Origin: Octopus bimaculoides
Lineage: Eukaryota
Direction of reading: 5' to 3'
Assembly: GCF_001194135.2 (NCBI RefSeq)
Contig: NC_068997.1
Location: forward strand, 11,137,730 to 11,201,481
DNA: 63,752 nt
The notes under the pieces were generated by a model. The model did not search any database. It had not been told where the DNA came from and was given only the letters and a program-made list of their open reading frames with translations. Below are positions 53,467 to 63,752 of this stretch, in pieces. The position numbers and the translations under genes are program-made. How positions within the stretch are numbered: position 1 is the stretch's first letter; the number at the start of each line of letters is the position of its first letter.

Positions 53467-54097
53467 CACCGTGCGATGGGTATTTTGTCGCCGTTTCCTA
53501 ATTCTAATTTCGTTCATGTGCATTAGTTGTTTTCGATTTTGTCGACTGCACAGTATAGTAGGGTCAGATGGGCACCGTCTGTGAGAAAAGCAGCACCATT
53601 ACGCAATTCATAAATTTGGAAATGACATGCTGTATTGCTTGGTATTCACGACGGAAACTTCAGTACCAACAGCTGGTGAACATACAGAGCAAGCGTTGGC
53701 TTGCCCTGTCCCCGAAATATGTGCCGAGAGTGATAAATATCAAACACCTAGTCAGGAACATGGTGTCTGGAGTGACAACTAGTGGTGCCGACGTTATGCT
53801 GGCATTCATCTTCCTAGACAGTGTCAGACTCAATACAGAGGCCTATATCAAGTGCCTGGGGGAGGTAGTGCTGCCCCGGGTCAAGAGGGTGACCGCTGGA
53901 AGACAGTATGTCTAACAACAGGACTCTGAGTCCAGAAGAGTGGTCTGGAGGTCGTGGCTGACCCCAATAGCGATTTTATTGAATATTTTTTTCTTTTAAG
54001 TATTTCAAGATATTTTTATGTAATTTTGGTCAAATGAGATGTCAGTGCTATTTTCAGTTTTGCGTTATGTAGACGACAATTTATTCACCACATCTTG
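53467..54097 (+). mobile_element. Internally deleted maT/DD37D-like transposon (~630 bp)
   Basis: Degenerate TIRs (left CACCGTGCGATGGGTATTTTGTCGCC; right reverse complement CAAGATGTGGTGAATAAATTGTCGTC) flanked by TA. ORF 53568-53915 reads KRWLALSPKYVPRVINIKHL..MVSGVTTSG.DVMLAFIF...RLNTEAYIKCLGEVVLP.VKRVTAGRQYV*QQDS, then jumps to LEVVADPNSDFIE. Confidence 0.85.
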
Positions 54098-54100
54098 TAT

Positions 54101-54211
<111 letters not shown>

Positions 54212-54809
54212 ATGTTTATGAGACTGGAAGTGTACGAGAAGATTAAAATAGTGTTAATTGTTTTCCTTTACTTACTATGTTTAAGAGGAAATGTGAGACC
54301 ATTAATCAGTCAAATCTGGTTTGAAGAAACGAACAAATAAATCTTTCACTTAAGCTGGTATACGTAGAGTTAGATGTATTCCACTAGTCGAAATAAATAT
54401 AGGTGAATAATACGGATTTAGAAATTTCCTTTGTCCGCTTTTGAAATTGTCTCCAACTAATTCTTCTCATAAATCTGATGACAGACCCAGTAATAGGTGT
54501 TTGTACACTTTTCAGAATTTTTGATTCAATAAATACTTGTTTAACAAATTGATCACGTAAAGTATTAATGAAATCTCCAGTTCGCACCTAATTTGCTTCT
54601 CATTATTTCTTCACACTAATTTGAAATTTTGTATATAATTGGGTAAAAAAATGTCTTACTTGAATAGCAGAATAGTATCGGAAAGTACCAGATTATGCGT
54701 ATACATCAGCACTCTTTTGGTCCGGTAGTATATATCACGGTATTTATTAGACTATAGAATGTTGTTATACGTTGCTTGTCACATTGTGTTTTGCGTTGCT
54801 TTACTCTTC

Positions 54810-55022
54810 GTAAGGTACAACTCTGCTGACTAGACGAGCAGGCTAACATTCTCCATAATTCGAAAAGTAATCCGTCGAAGGCTTACAGTTTACAGTTGAG
54901 TGAACTGGAGCAACGTGAAACGAGGTGTTTTACTGAAGAATACAGACCGCCATCCGGTCCGGGAATCAAGCTCGCGATCTAGCAAACCTCAGTGCAACAG
55001 CCTAACTACTTGCCCTTGCGCC
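54810..55022 (-). mobile_element. tRNA-head SINE related to the 43540 copy
   Basis: Reverse complement GGCGCAAGGGCAAGTAGTTAGG (A box) ... GCTTGATTCCCGGACCGG (B box) ... TTTCACGTTGCTCCAGTTCACTCAACTG. Confidence 0.7.
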
Positions 55023-55280
55023 CTTACACAGAGGCGGTGCCATGTCCATTGAGGTAAATCCGAGTCGTGGTTATTGCTAGTTGAAATACTATATATATAT
55101 ACATACATACATATATATATATATANNNNNNNNNNNNNNNNNNNNNNNNNNNNNNNNNNNNNNNNNNNNNNNNNNNNNNNNNNNNNNNNNNNNNNNNNNN
55201 NNNNNNNNNNNNNNNNNNNNNNNNNNNNNNNNNNNNNNNNNNNNNNNNNNNNNNNNNNNNNNNNNNNNNNNNNNNNNNNN

Positions 55281-55321
<41 letters not shown>

Positions 55322-55329
55322 GTGTATGT

Positions 55330-55830
55330 ATCTATGTATGTATTATACGATGACAGCGTTTCAGGACATAGAAATGTGTATGCCTGAAACGAAAGTTTTA
55401 AAATTAGTCGAACAACCGGGACGAACATGGTGGAATCCTTGATGCCCATATACATTCCTACTGTGAATGTTGAACCTGCTCGGGAGATGAATTTTTGCCG
55501 CATCAACGAGTGACCATCGAAGAGGCAGCATGTTTTTTTTTGCAATTTACTTACTGCCGCCCACACACTTGAAACCATTGAGAAATTGGTTTCTGAGTTG
55601 GTGGAACTCTCTGTATACAATTGAGATTGCGCCACATTCCATTATCGCCTCTTTCGTCGCCTTAGATTTCCTTTACGTGGATGTTGATTTGCTAAATGAG
55701 AGCAAGTGCAGAAATCGCTGCATAAAGGCTGTGCGACCAGCAGAAAATCATTTTCTCCAATGTATTAAGCAATCTTATAGATCGTCGGAAGTACTGCGCC
55801 TTCACCAATATAATAACCAATATTAGGGAC
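55330..55830 (+). mobile_element. Internally deleted mariner relic
   Basis: QRVTIEEAA (HTH), then HTLETIEKL, YRLFRRLRFPLRGC*F..EQVQKSLH (mariner C-terminus); ends not resolved. Confidence 0.6.
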
Positions 55831-56659
55831 CGCATCGAAATGCAAGCAGGAAAATGAGATAACAGTTCAATGTGTGTGAGTTTGTAAAACTATACGTACT
55901 GAAGACGAAGACAAGTACAAGTGTTAGTGAGCGTGTTTTTTTTTAACTGACTTCAAATATATTATGTAATAGAGTAATACTTTCTTTATATAACCGTTTC
56001 TACTCATATCAACATGTGCCAGGGTACTGAAGTTACGTTGAAGTCTATAATATATATATAAAAGCAGAACAACTATAAAGTACTGCTCTATAACTAATCT
56101 TATATCGCATGATTAAGGTCTATTTTCAGATCTCTCTAGTGGCTTGCCAGTATTCATTGCATCAAATCTACACGTTTCAGGAGACAATGGCATTTAATCT
56201 ACTGCTTTCGCAGACGATCCCTTTTATCACTGAGTCAGCAAACAGTGACATATGTTGTCAAAGAAAAAAAGACAGGAAAACGTTTATTAAGTCATTCGGT
56301 AAAGTAACTCGAGAAAGTAATCGCGAACGTGTTGCTCACATTGAGAAAATAATATATTTCTTATATGTTCAAAGGGGAAGCACGAAATTATGGTGATATT
56401 CAGAAATTTCAAACTAGACACAATAGACACAATATTGGAAAGATTTTCTTATGAACATTTGTATTACAAAATTTCCTGATTTTAACGATTAAATCGAAAC
56501 GATGCTGGACGATCTACGAAGCTGATCCACTGCTAGAAATGTGAAGTGAATCTGCAAATAATACGAAATGTTTTAAATTTGGTAACCTGTATTGCATATT
56601 CTCGTTCTAGAGAATATTGCATACTCTCATTTTATTCTTCACCACTTCCACATCTGCAA

Positions 56660-57209
56660 ATTCCTTAACACCAGTGATGACCTTCGAAAAAAAGTCCGGA
56701 CCAACTTGCAACTGTTTTTTCAATTCACGACACGCATTTAGTCGTGGCTGGTTTTGATCTTCTGCGATGAAGCGAGGCCCAAATTTTTCTGCAATTATTT
56801 TCCTCACTCCAAAGTCCTTGGCAGGATATTCAGAACACACCAGTCATATAAACAAGTTCCTCAATTGTTTAGTGACGGTCCTCTAAGATCATGAGCAAGA
56901 CTTATGTTTTGCTCATGGTGGCAGCGTTCTTGTAAGCTGTTTGAAGCATGACGACTCTTTCGGTTTTCGCAGAAATCATAATTTCTTGGAAGTACGCTGT
57001 TCCTTCGTTTCAGCCATCGCAAAAAATCGACGAACAGAGGGGAAGCACAGCAAAACAAAGACGCATCACGTGGCAATATGACGTAACTAGACACTGCCAG
57101 TTGGCAGAGGGATGTCTCAGAAATGCATCAAATGGATCTTAGTGGAGCTTGAACTACAATAGGTTTGCCCCACAGAGAAAGGTCCCAGTTAGTTTTGGTT
57201 ATCCCCTCA
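56660..57209 (-). mobile_element. 5' half of a mariner element
   Basis: Terminal TA|TGAGGGGATAACCAAAACTAACTGGGA (mariner-type TIR start). Translations MAETKEQR, MLQTAYK..MSKT and KDFGVRKIIAEKFGPRFIAEDQNQPRLNACRELKKQLQVGPDFFSKVITG (cf. LGMRRVAAKFVPRLL...KVITGDE). Confidence 0.85.
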
Positions 57210-58465
57210 TATATACATTTAAATGTGCATGTGTATGTGTAAGTGTATGTATATATATGTATGTATGTATGGTCAAAATGTATAGAAAAAAACAAAAGTC
57301 TAAGACAGGTGTATGAACAATAAGAAAATGTATTAGTTTGATCCTGGAAAAGGAAGCAGAAGAGACTTACAATGAACATCCACCTTTGAATAAAGCACGT
57401 GAAAGAATACAAGCTATCAGGCATATGCTTAGAACTCTGTCCAGTATTATAAAATTGATGACTACCAATTGCATTACTTCTCTATGTGAGACGAAAACAC
57501 AATGTAATGCCCGGAATATTTGACACAGCTATTACAAGAACAAAATATTATATTTCTAATCTGTATAATAAATACAAAAGTTTTCCATTTTCCATACGTA
57601 CATGACTATGAATATAAAATAATTTATATACATATATCTACATGCATACATCTATTTCAAATATAATATATATCACAATTATGTTTAAAAGTTAGTAATC
57701 GCTGGTTTGGTAAAAAAAGAATCAACTCCACTAGGAACGACTATGTAATTTCACGTAATTACTCTTCATAACATAAGTATCATTAAGAAGAAAATATTGC
57801 TACTTCTCTGCCAAGTCAATTACTTTCCCCAATGACTTTGCGATTCATTTATAGAAGTAACAACAAACGTATTCAGTGTTATTAGCAAGACGTTTGTTCA
57901 GATGTCGCAACGTAACTTTTATTAATCAATTTTGAAAGCGTTAGCACTGTTTTTTTTTATGTATCGTTGTTCAGTTATATGATAACACAAAATTTCCCAA
58001 CGCTGCACCTAATATATCCGGGTATATGATATTTCTTTTTTATATGTGTTCGTAGGTGAGTCTGTGTGATTACGAGTGTATGTATATATATANNNNNNNN
58101 NNNNNNNNNNNNNNNNNNNNNNNNNNNNNNNNNNNNNNNNNNNNNNNNNNNNNNNNNNNNNNNNNNNNNNNNNNNNNNNNNNNNNNNNNNNNNNNNNNNN
58201 NNNNNNNNNNNNNNNNNNNNNNNNNNNNNNNNNNNNNNNNNNNNNNNNNNNNNNNNNNNNNNNNNNNNNNNNNNNNNNNNNNNNNNNNNNNNNNNNNNNN
58301 NNNNNNNNNNNNNATACATATTTACACACACACACATATATATGTATATGCATATAGATTTAGATTTAGATTCAAAATTGAATATGATACTTATGTTTAG
58401 ACACCAGAATATAGTTTGGTATTATCCAAAAACCATTCTAAAAGCAAGGTGATCAAAAAATCAAA

Positions 58466-58856
58466 ATAAGCAACACGGATTTTAAAGATGATTGCAGTAC
58501 GCACGTTTCATGCTACTCCATTTATTTAAGTAATGCGAGCATTACATTAAATGCAATATGTAGAGCAATCTACAGATGTACAGAAATGTAGAAAATTACA
58601 GTTGAATAGACATATTATAATTGTGGCAACATTTAAAATTCAAGTGGGAAGAAGAATACATAAAAATCCATCTTGACAAAGCCAAGGCTAGCAGGCCACA
58701 ATTATAACATATCTATTCTACTGTAATTTTCTACATTTCTGTGCAGCTGAAGATTGCTCTACACATTGCATTTAATGTAATGCTCGCATTACTTAAATAA
58801 ATGTAGTAACATGAAACGTGCTTACTGCAATCATCTTTAAAATCCGTGTTGCTTAT
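58466..58856. repeat. Long inverted repeat / fold-back (MITE-like): 162-bp arms, 67-bp spacer
   Basis: Manual alignment of 58466-58627 with the reverse complement of 58695-58856 shows 10 mismatches and no indels; the ends can be read TA|AGCAAC...GTTGCT|TA. Confidence 0.95.
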
Positions 58857-59667
58857 ATATTCACTCATATACACACCCATATATGTATATATATATAGAT
58901 AGATAGATAGATCGATAGGTACAAACATGTATCTGTGTACGTACATTTACCTTTTACAAATACATATACCTGAAAGCTATTATAGAACTATGTTGTTCAT
59001 GTAATGTCTCCTCGTAATTACATTATGTACTACAAGAAGGAACAATTCCTTCCTTTCTCTAAATATATATTATCTTTTACGACGTATAAAGTCGAATGTA
59101 TGCCTCGAGATATAGAATTTAAACCACATATTTCTTTATGTGAAAGGATTATAAATATCTCACTCCGATTTCATTTAATACATACGAGTATTGCAGGATA
59201 TTACAGAATTATTTCAATACGCTCCTTTAAGCGCACACGGCTTTTCTTATGTTTTGGAAAGCCAGCGGGTAATATCATTATCTAATTTTCGTTATTCATA
59301 ATTCACCTCAGTAATGACATTCACAGAGATAACAATAAAATCAGAAACGAATTCATCTTAGTCAAATATTTCATATAGAATTATTTCATAAATTTACCAT
59401 TGGCAGTGAAGGTATAGTTGTTTTATCTTTAGTGTAAATTTAATTTCTCATTCAATTTCTTAACACTTTGTCCTATATTTCACGTCTTTCAGCAAAATGC
59501 ATGACGATAATACATTCACATAGCACACATAACATTCGCATTTCATTTACGTCTGTCTGGAGTTGAAAGTTATACATAGATACATATAAAGCTTAATATA
59601 TAAAAAAAACAGGGGGCAACTAGAAATTCAGGAATATACTCTTCGTATTTTCTGAAATTATGTAACT

Positions 59668-59940
59668 ATGGAATTCGGGATGGAAGAGTGTGCTATGTTG
59701 ATTTGAAGATTTGAAGGAAACCAGGGAATTGAGATGCCATATGGTAAAACAATGATTGAAGTGGAAAAAAGGGTAGTACTATAAGTATTTGAGAATATTG
59801 GAGGCTGATAAAATAATATATGAAGAGATGAAACAAATTATTAAAAGGTAGTATACAAGAAAACTGAGAAAAATATTACTGGGAAAGTGGGATATAAAAA
59901 ATATTATTTAAGCGATAAATTCAAGATCAGTCCCATATTG
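59668..59940 (+). mobile_element. R4/Dong LINE, RT domains 6-7 and thumb fragment
   Basis: [56 protein letters not shown]. Confidence 0.8.
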
Positions 59941-60505
59941 TGTTCCTCCTTTTGCAGTCGCTAAGTACAATCTTGTCTACCAGGAGTTGATCCTTGGTAC
60001 CTCTACACTCACGCTTCAAACCCTTCTGTTCATGTGGCAGGACTCTATTTTTTTTGTCCAGTCAAAAATTTCCACTTAAGTGGCAAGTAGGATATCGGCT
60101 TGTAATTTTCTACCGTATTGCATTTTCCGATGTTTTTCAAGCACAGCACCCTCCCAGCAATTGTCAAACACTCTGGTGTTACTTGGTCGGCATTGAACAA
60201 ATGTGTTGCGTTGTACAGCTATTCGTGCATGTCATCTTTTGATCCAGTTGTCGTGAACTCCATCTGGTCTCTGCGCCTTCCCAGTTGCCTATTTGTTTGC
60301 TGATTTCCTGCACTTCCCTAACTGAAATGCCCAGTTCTGCCTGTTTTGGGACAAACTGCTGTTCGTTTCAGTTCTTGCAACCATTCAGTATCCTGCTTGT
60401 TCTCCTTGACTTTGCTCCAGATGTCACTCCAAAACCTTTGACTTTCAATGATATCTGGTATCAACTTTTCATCTGTACACTCTCCATTTATTTTGTTGTA
60501 GAACT
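59932..60505 (-). mobile_element. R4/Dong LINE, pre-RT and RT N-terminal fragment
   Basis: [90 protein letters not shown]. Confidence 0.85.
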
Positions 60506-60946
60506 ATTAGGCACTCTTGTTTGTCCCTCCTAAAGGTTACTATACCCAGCCTTCAGTGCTCTAATACCCTGTCTGGAAATCAAAATCCCAGATTATTATT
60601 GCCTTCCTTCTTCCGGTGCATGCTGGTACCGATCACCCGTAACCTCATATCCATACTTACAGCATAATAGCCAGTGGAGGTTTGGACTACCTTATCGTGT
60701 CTACGCTTGTACTCTTTCTGCACAAGACTGTCACAAGCACTAACAATATGAGTCACGCTTTCGACCCTTTTCCCACACATTCTGCAGAGGTCTGTTGCAC
60801 TTGTGATATATATTCTTTTTCACTGCGTTGGTATTCAATGCCTGGTCCTGGGCAGCGATGATTAAGCTTTCAGTATTCTTTTTTTAGGTCACCTCCATGA
60901 TACTTTCTGTTTTCTAATTTGTTGGTTTCACAGTCGAACTGACCAT
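60506..60946 (-). mobile_element. R4/Dong LINE, zinc-knuckle and RLE fragment
   Basis: NGQF, TESLIIAAQDQALNTN, CRMCGKRVESVTHIVSAC (CCHC), KEYKRRHDKV, WYQHAPE, IIWDFDFQT..VLEH*R..IV. Confidence 0.85.
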
Positions 60947-60957
60947 TAATATAATAT

Positions 60958-61003
60958 TAATAATAATAATAACAATAATGATAATAATAATAATAATAAT
61001 AAT

Positions 61004-61093
<90 letters not shown>
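60958..61093. repeat. (AAT)n followed by (ATT)n: self-complementary trinucleotide array
   Basis: AAT tract ~60958-61004, CTC spacer, ATT tract 61008-61093. Confidence 0.95.
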
Positions 61094-61254
61094 GAGGATG
61101 ATGTTGCGTAACATGGAAGACATTTATCTAAGTATGATATTCTGTAAAAGCAAACAACATACATCATATTATTTGACTACACACGCACATAGACACATAC
61201 CTACCCACGGACGAATATACATATTTGTGTGTATGTGTGTGTACATAAATATTC

Positions 61255-61430
61255 GATAAAGAAAGAAGTGATCTGAGATTAAAAGCTTCGAAAGTCAACT
61301 TTGTACTCCACCCCCCTCCCTTGTTCGATAATTCAAAGTACCAGTGAAATACTAAGATCAATTCAGTCGAGTGAAACCCTCCGTCAGAATTTCCAGCTTT
61401 ATGGCTAAACCAGAAATTATTGTAACTGAA
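61255..61430 (+). mobile_element. Degenerate SINE 3' part (19316 family)
   Basis: GTCAACTTTG...TTCGATAATTCAAAGTACCAGTGAAATACT..GATCAAT. Confidence 0.5.
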
Positions 61431-62114
61431 GATGACTTCAGAATTTGTTTCTTTTCTCTATCGAAACAAGAAGAAAAGTTATGTAATTTTAAAAATCATT
61501 CATTTTATTCAAAATGCAGGTAATGGAATGGAAATTTTAATTTGATTTATTTTTTATCTCTCTATAACAAATATTCTCAAATATTTCCATATTTTCATTG
61601 ACGTTTAAGCAAAGATTTATAGACTTAAAATTATAAAAGTTGATAATGGTTATTCAAATTCAAGAAATAGAACAAAATTTAATACTGGCTACGAGAAAGA
61701 AAATCTACTGGTATTTCAACAAGTTAATATATATTGCTTAGACCACACGTAAGAAGTGTGCGTTTAAGTGATCATTATACTTGTCCCGTAATATTTTTTT
61801 ACTTTATTATTTGGATGTTAATTTTACGTCCAAGTAGACAATTATGACATCTCTAGCGCACCTTGAAGCAGTAAGCCTGTAATTATTCTAAGACATATAG
61901 TTTTTAATAACTTTAGGAAGGAAAATATGATGCAATTTAATGGCATCTTATTCGGTAAATTATACTGAGTGTAACATGGGAATGAATTGGAAACTTTGGA
62001 CAAGCAATGACAAAATGATATTCACACACGCACAAACAATCACACACACATACACACACATCTCACATACACACAGAGGCACAGACACAGACACACAAAT
62101 ATATATACAAATAT

Positions 62115-62151
<37 letters not shown>

Positions 62152-62529
62152 NNNNNNNNNNNNNNNNNNNNNNNNNNNNNNNNNNNNNNNNNNNNNNNNN
62201 NNNNNNNNNNNNNNNNNNNNNNNNNNNNNNNNNNNNNNNNNNNNNNNNNNNNNNNNNNNNNNNNNNNNNNNNNNNNNNNNNNNNNNNNNNNNNNNNNNNN
62301 NNNNNNNNNNNNNNNNNNNNNNNNNNNNNNNNNNNNNNNNNNNNNNNNNNNNNNNNNNNNNNNNNNNNNNNNNNNNNNNNNNNNNNNNNNNNNNNNNNNN
62401 NNNNNNNNNNNNNNNNNNNNNNNNNNNNNNNNNNNNNNNNNNNNNNNNNNNNNNNNNNNNNNNNNNNNNNNNNNNNNNNNNNNNNNNNNNATATATATAT
62501 ATATATATATATATAAAGGTACAGAGATC

Positions 62530-62560
<31 letters not shown>

Positions 62561-63589
62561 GTGTATGCGGCTATATTTGTCTCCAGTTGTGTATAGCGGG
62601 TATAAGTGTGTTCGTTTTCTCATAGTGCGGTATATGTGTGTTTTCCCTTTCCTTATAGATGAAGGTATCCGTGAATTATGTAGCAATGAACATACATATT
62701 TTCATGCGAAAACATGCATGAACAATCTTCATCTTATAATTATAGGAGAATTTCCCTGTTTATAGTGTGCAAATGTCAGTATGGTTCAACACTTGCTCGT
62801 AACATTTATTATATAATATTCCTTAGCAAATTACATGTCCGATGGTTATATGTTATTATCTGTGCTATTCGGAGTTGTTAGTATTGACATGTATCAGCAG
62901 CATTTCTGGCTTATTTCATCATTAATCTCTGTTAAGCAAATCAAATATAGAAACATTTATATTTTTCAAAATATTAAGTACAGTTTGATATGCGAAAACA
63001 ATGTCAAAACGCTTGACTGATGCTAACAGCACCTCCAAAATTATACTGAGATAACCGCGTCTACAAACAATGGCAGTTCTCGTGTCACTAAGCATACTTT
63101 CCTGCAAAATCCCAGTCTTTATTTAAGTAACAGTTTCGTAAATATTTAATAACACTCTGTGATGTGATTTATGTTTTGTGATTGTTAACTGTTTCTAACA
63201 CAAACAGATTCAAATGTAGAATGAAAGGTATATTTTCAGGCAGCCACCTGAAGCTAAAAAGCTATGTTTTCTTTTATGATGGTTGCTGATACATTTGAGA
63301 TATAGCCTTAATGCAATTGTACCATCATTGACAGAGGATTGTGTATTTGTAGTCCCTAGAAAATAAATATTTCTTTGTCACAGTTGTCTAAATGTATATG
63401 TTTTCAGAATATTTTAAACAGTAAAATATGGAAACCTCTAATAAGGATGGAACCGTGCACAAAAGATGACATTACAAATGTACATATTTTTATTTTCAAT
63501 GTTAGAATACTCAATGTATGTATATGTGTATTTTGTACTTTACTGATATATGTTTATATGTGCAGGTAAAATACATTCTTGTATAATAT

Positions 63590-63752
63590 ATGCACCCACT
63601 GAAACACACATATATATATGTACTTGTGCGTGTGTTTCTGTATGTGTATGAAAGCGTATATATATGTGTGTGTGGGGTTGTACATATATATGTTTACATG
63701 TACACACAAACGTACATATATGTGTGTATGTATGCATATATATATATATATA
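63590..63752. repeat. Degenerate TG/TA low-complexity tract at window end
   Basis: Seen directly. Confidence 0.85.

Noticed and set aside
56109-56396. 95-aa plus ORF, with YVVKEKKTGKR (kinase subdomain II-like) in another frame
   Set aside because: No catalytic Lys context or other motifs, and weak donor; insufficient for a CDS call.
62835-63107. Overlapping 61-aa ORFs on both strands, one with a hydrophobic stretch
   Set aside because: No family recognised; consistent with chance.

Overview
This is AT-rich, repeat-saturated eukaryotic DNA from a draft assembly with 17 N-gaps, each with a microsatellite at or within about 15 bp of at least one edge. I find no confidently identifiable host protein-coding gene, tRNA, rRNA or CRISPR array. 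The window reads as intergenic DNA or the inside of a very large intron. The SINE families and the density of TA/CA/GA/TATC/AAT microsatellites resemble an Octopus (coleoid cephalopod) genome; this is an inference from remembered repeat consensus, not a database result. The recognisable content is decayed mobile DNA: Tc1/mariner relics (two maT/DD37D-like, two mariner, one Tc1 family present three times), three R4/Dong-clade RLE LINE relics, RTE-like LINE relics, two Penelope-like fragments, a Gypsy gag-RT deletion fusion and about ten tRNA-derived SINE copies. The most notable structures are: a 162-bp-arm, 94%-identical fold-back with nested hairpins (58466-58856); a three-block scrambled and inverted Dong LINE abutting an (AAT)n/(ATT)n fold-back (59668-61093); a closely spaced inverted SINE pair (19316-19757); and a locally inverted Tc1 segment (41100-41355). 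Most ORFs in the supplied track are artefacts of microsatellites or N-runs. I cannot support a claim of a new multi-gene system here. Most repeat boundaries are approximate.
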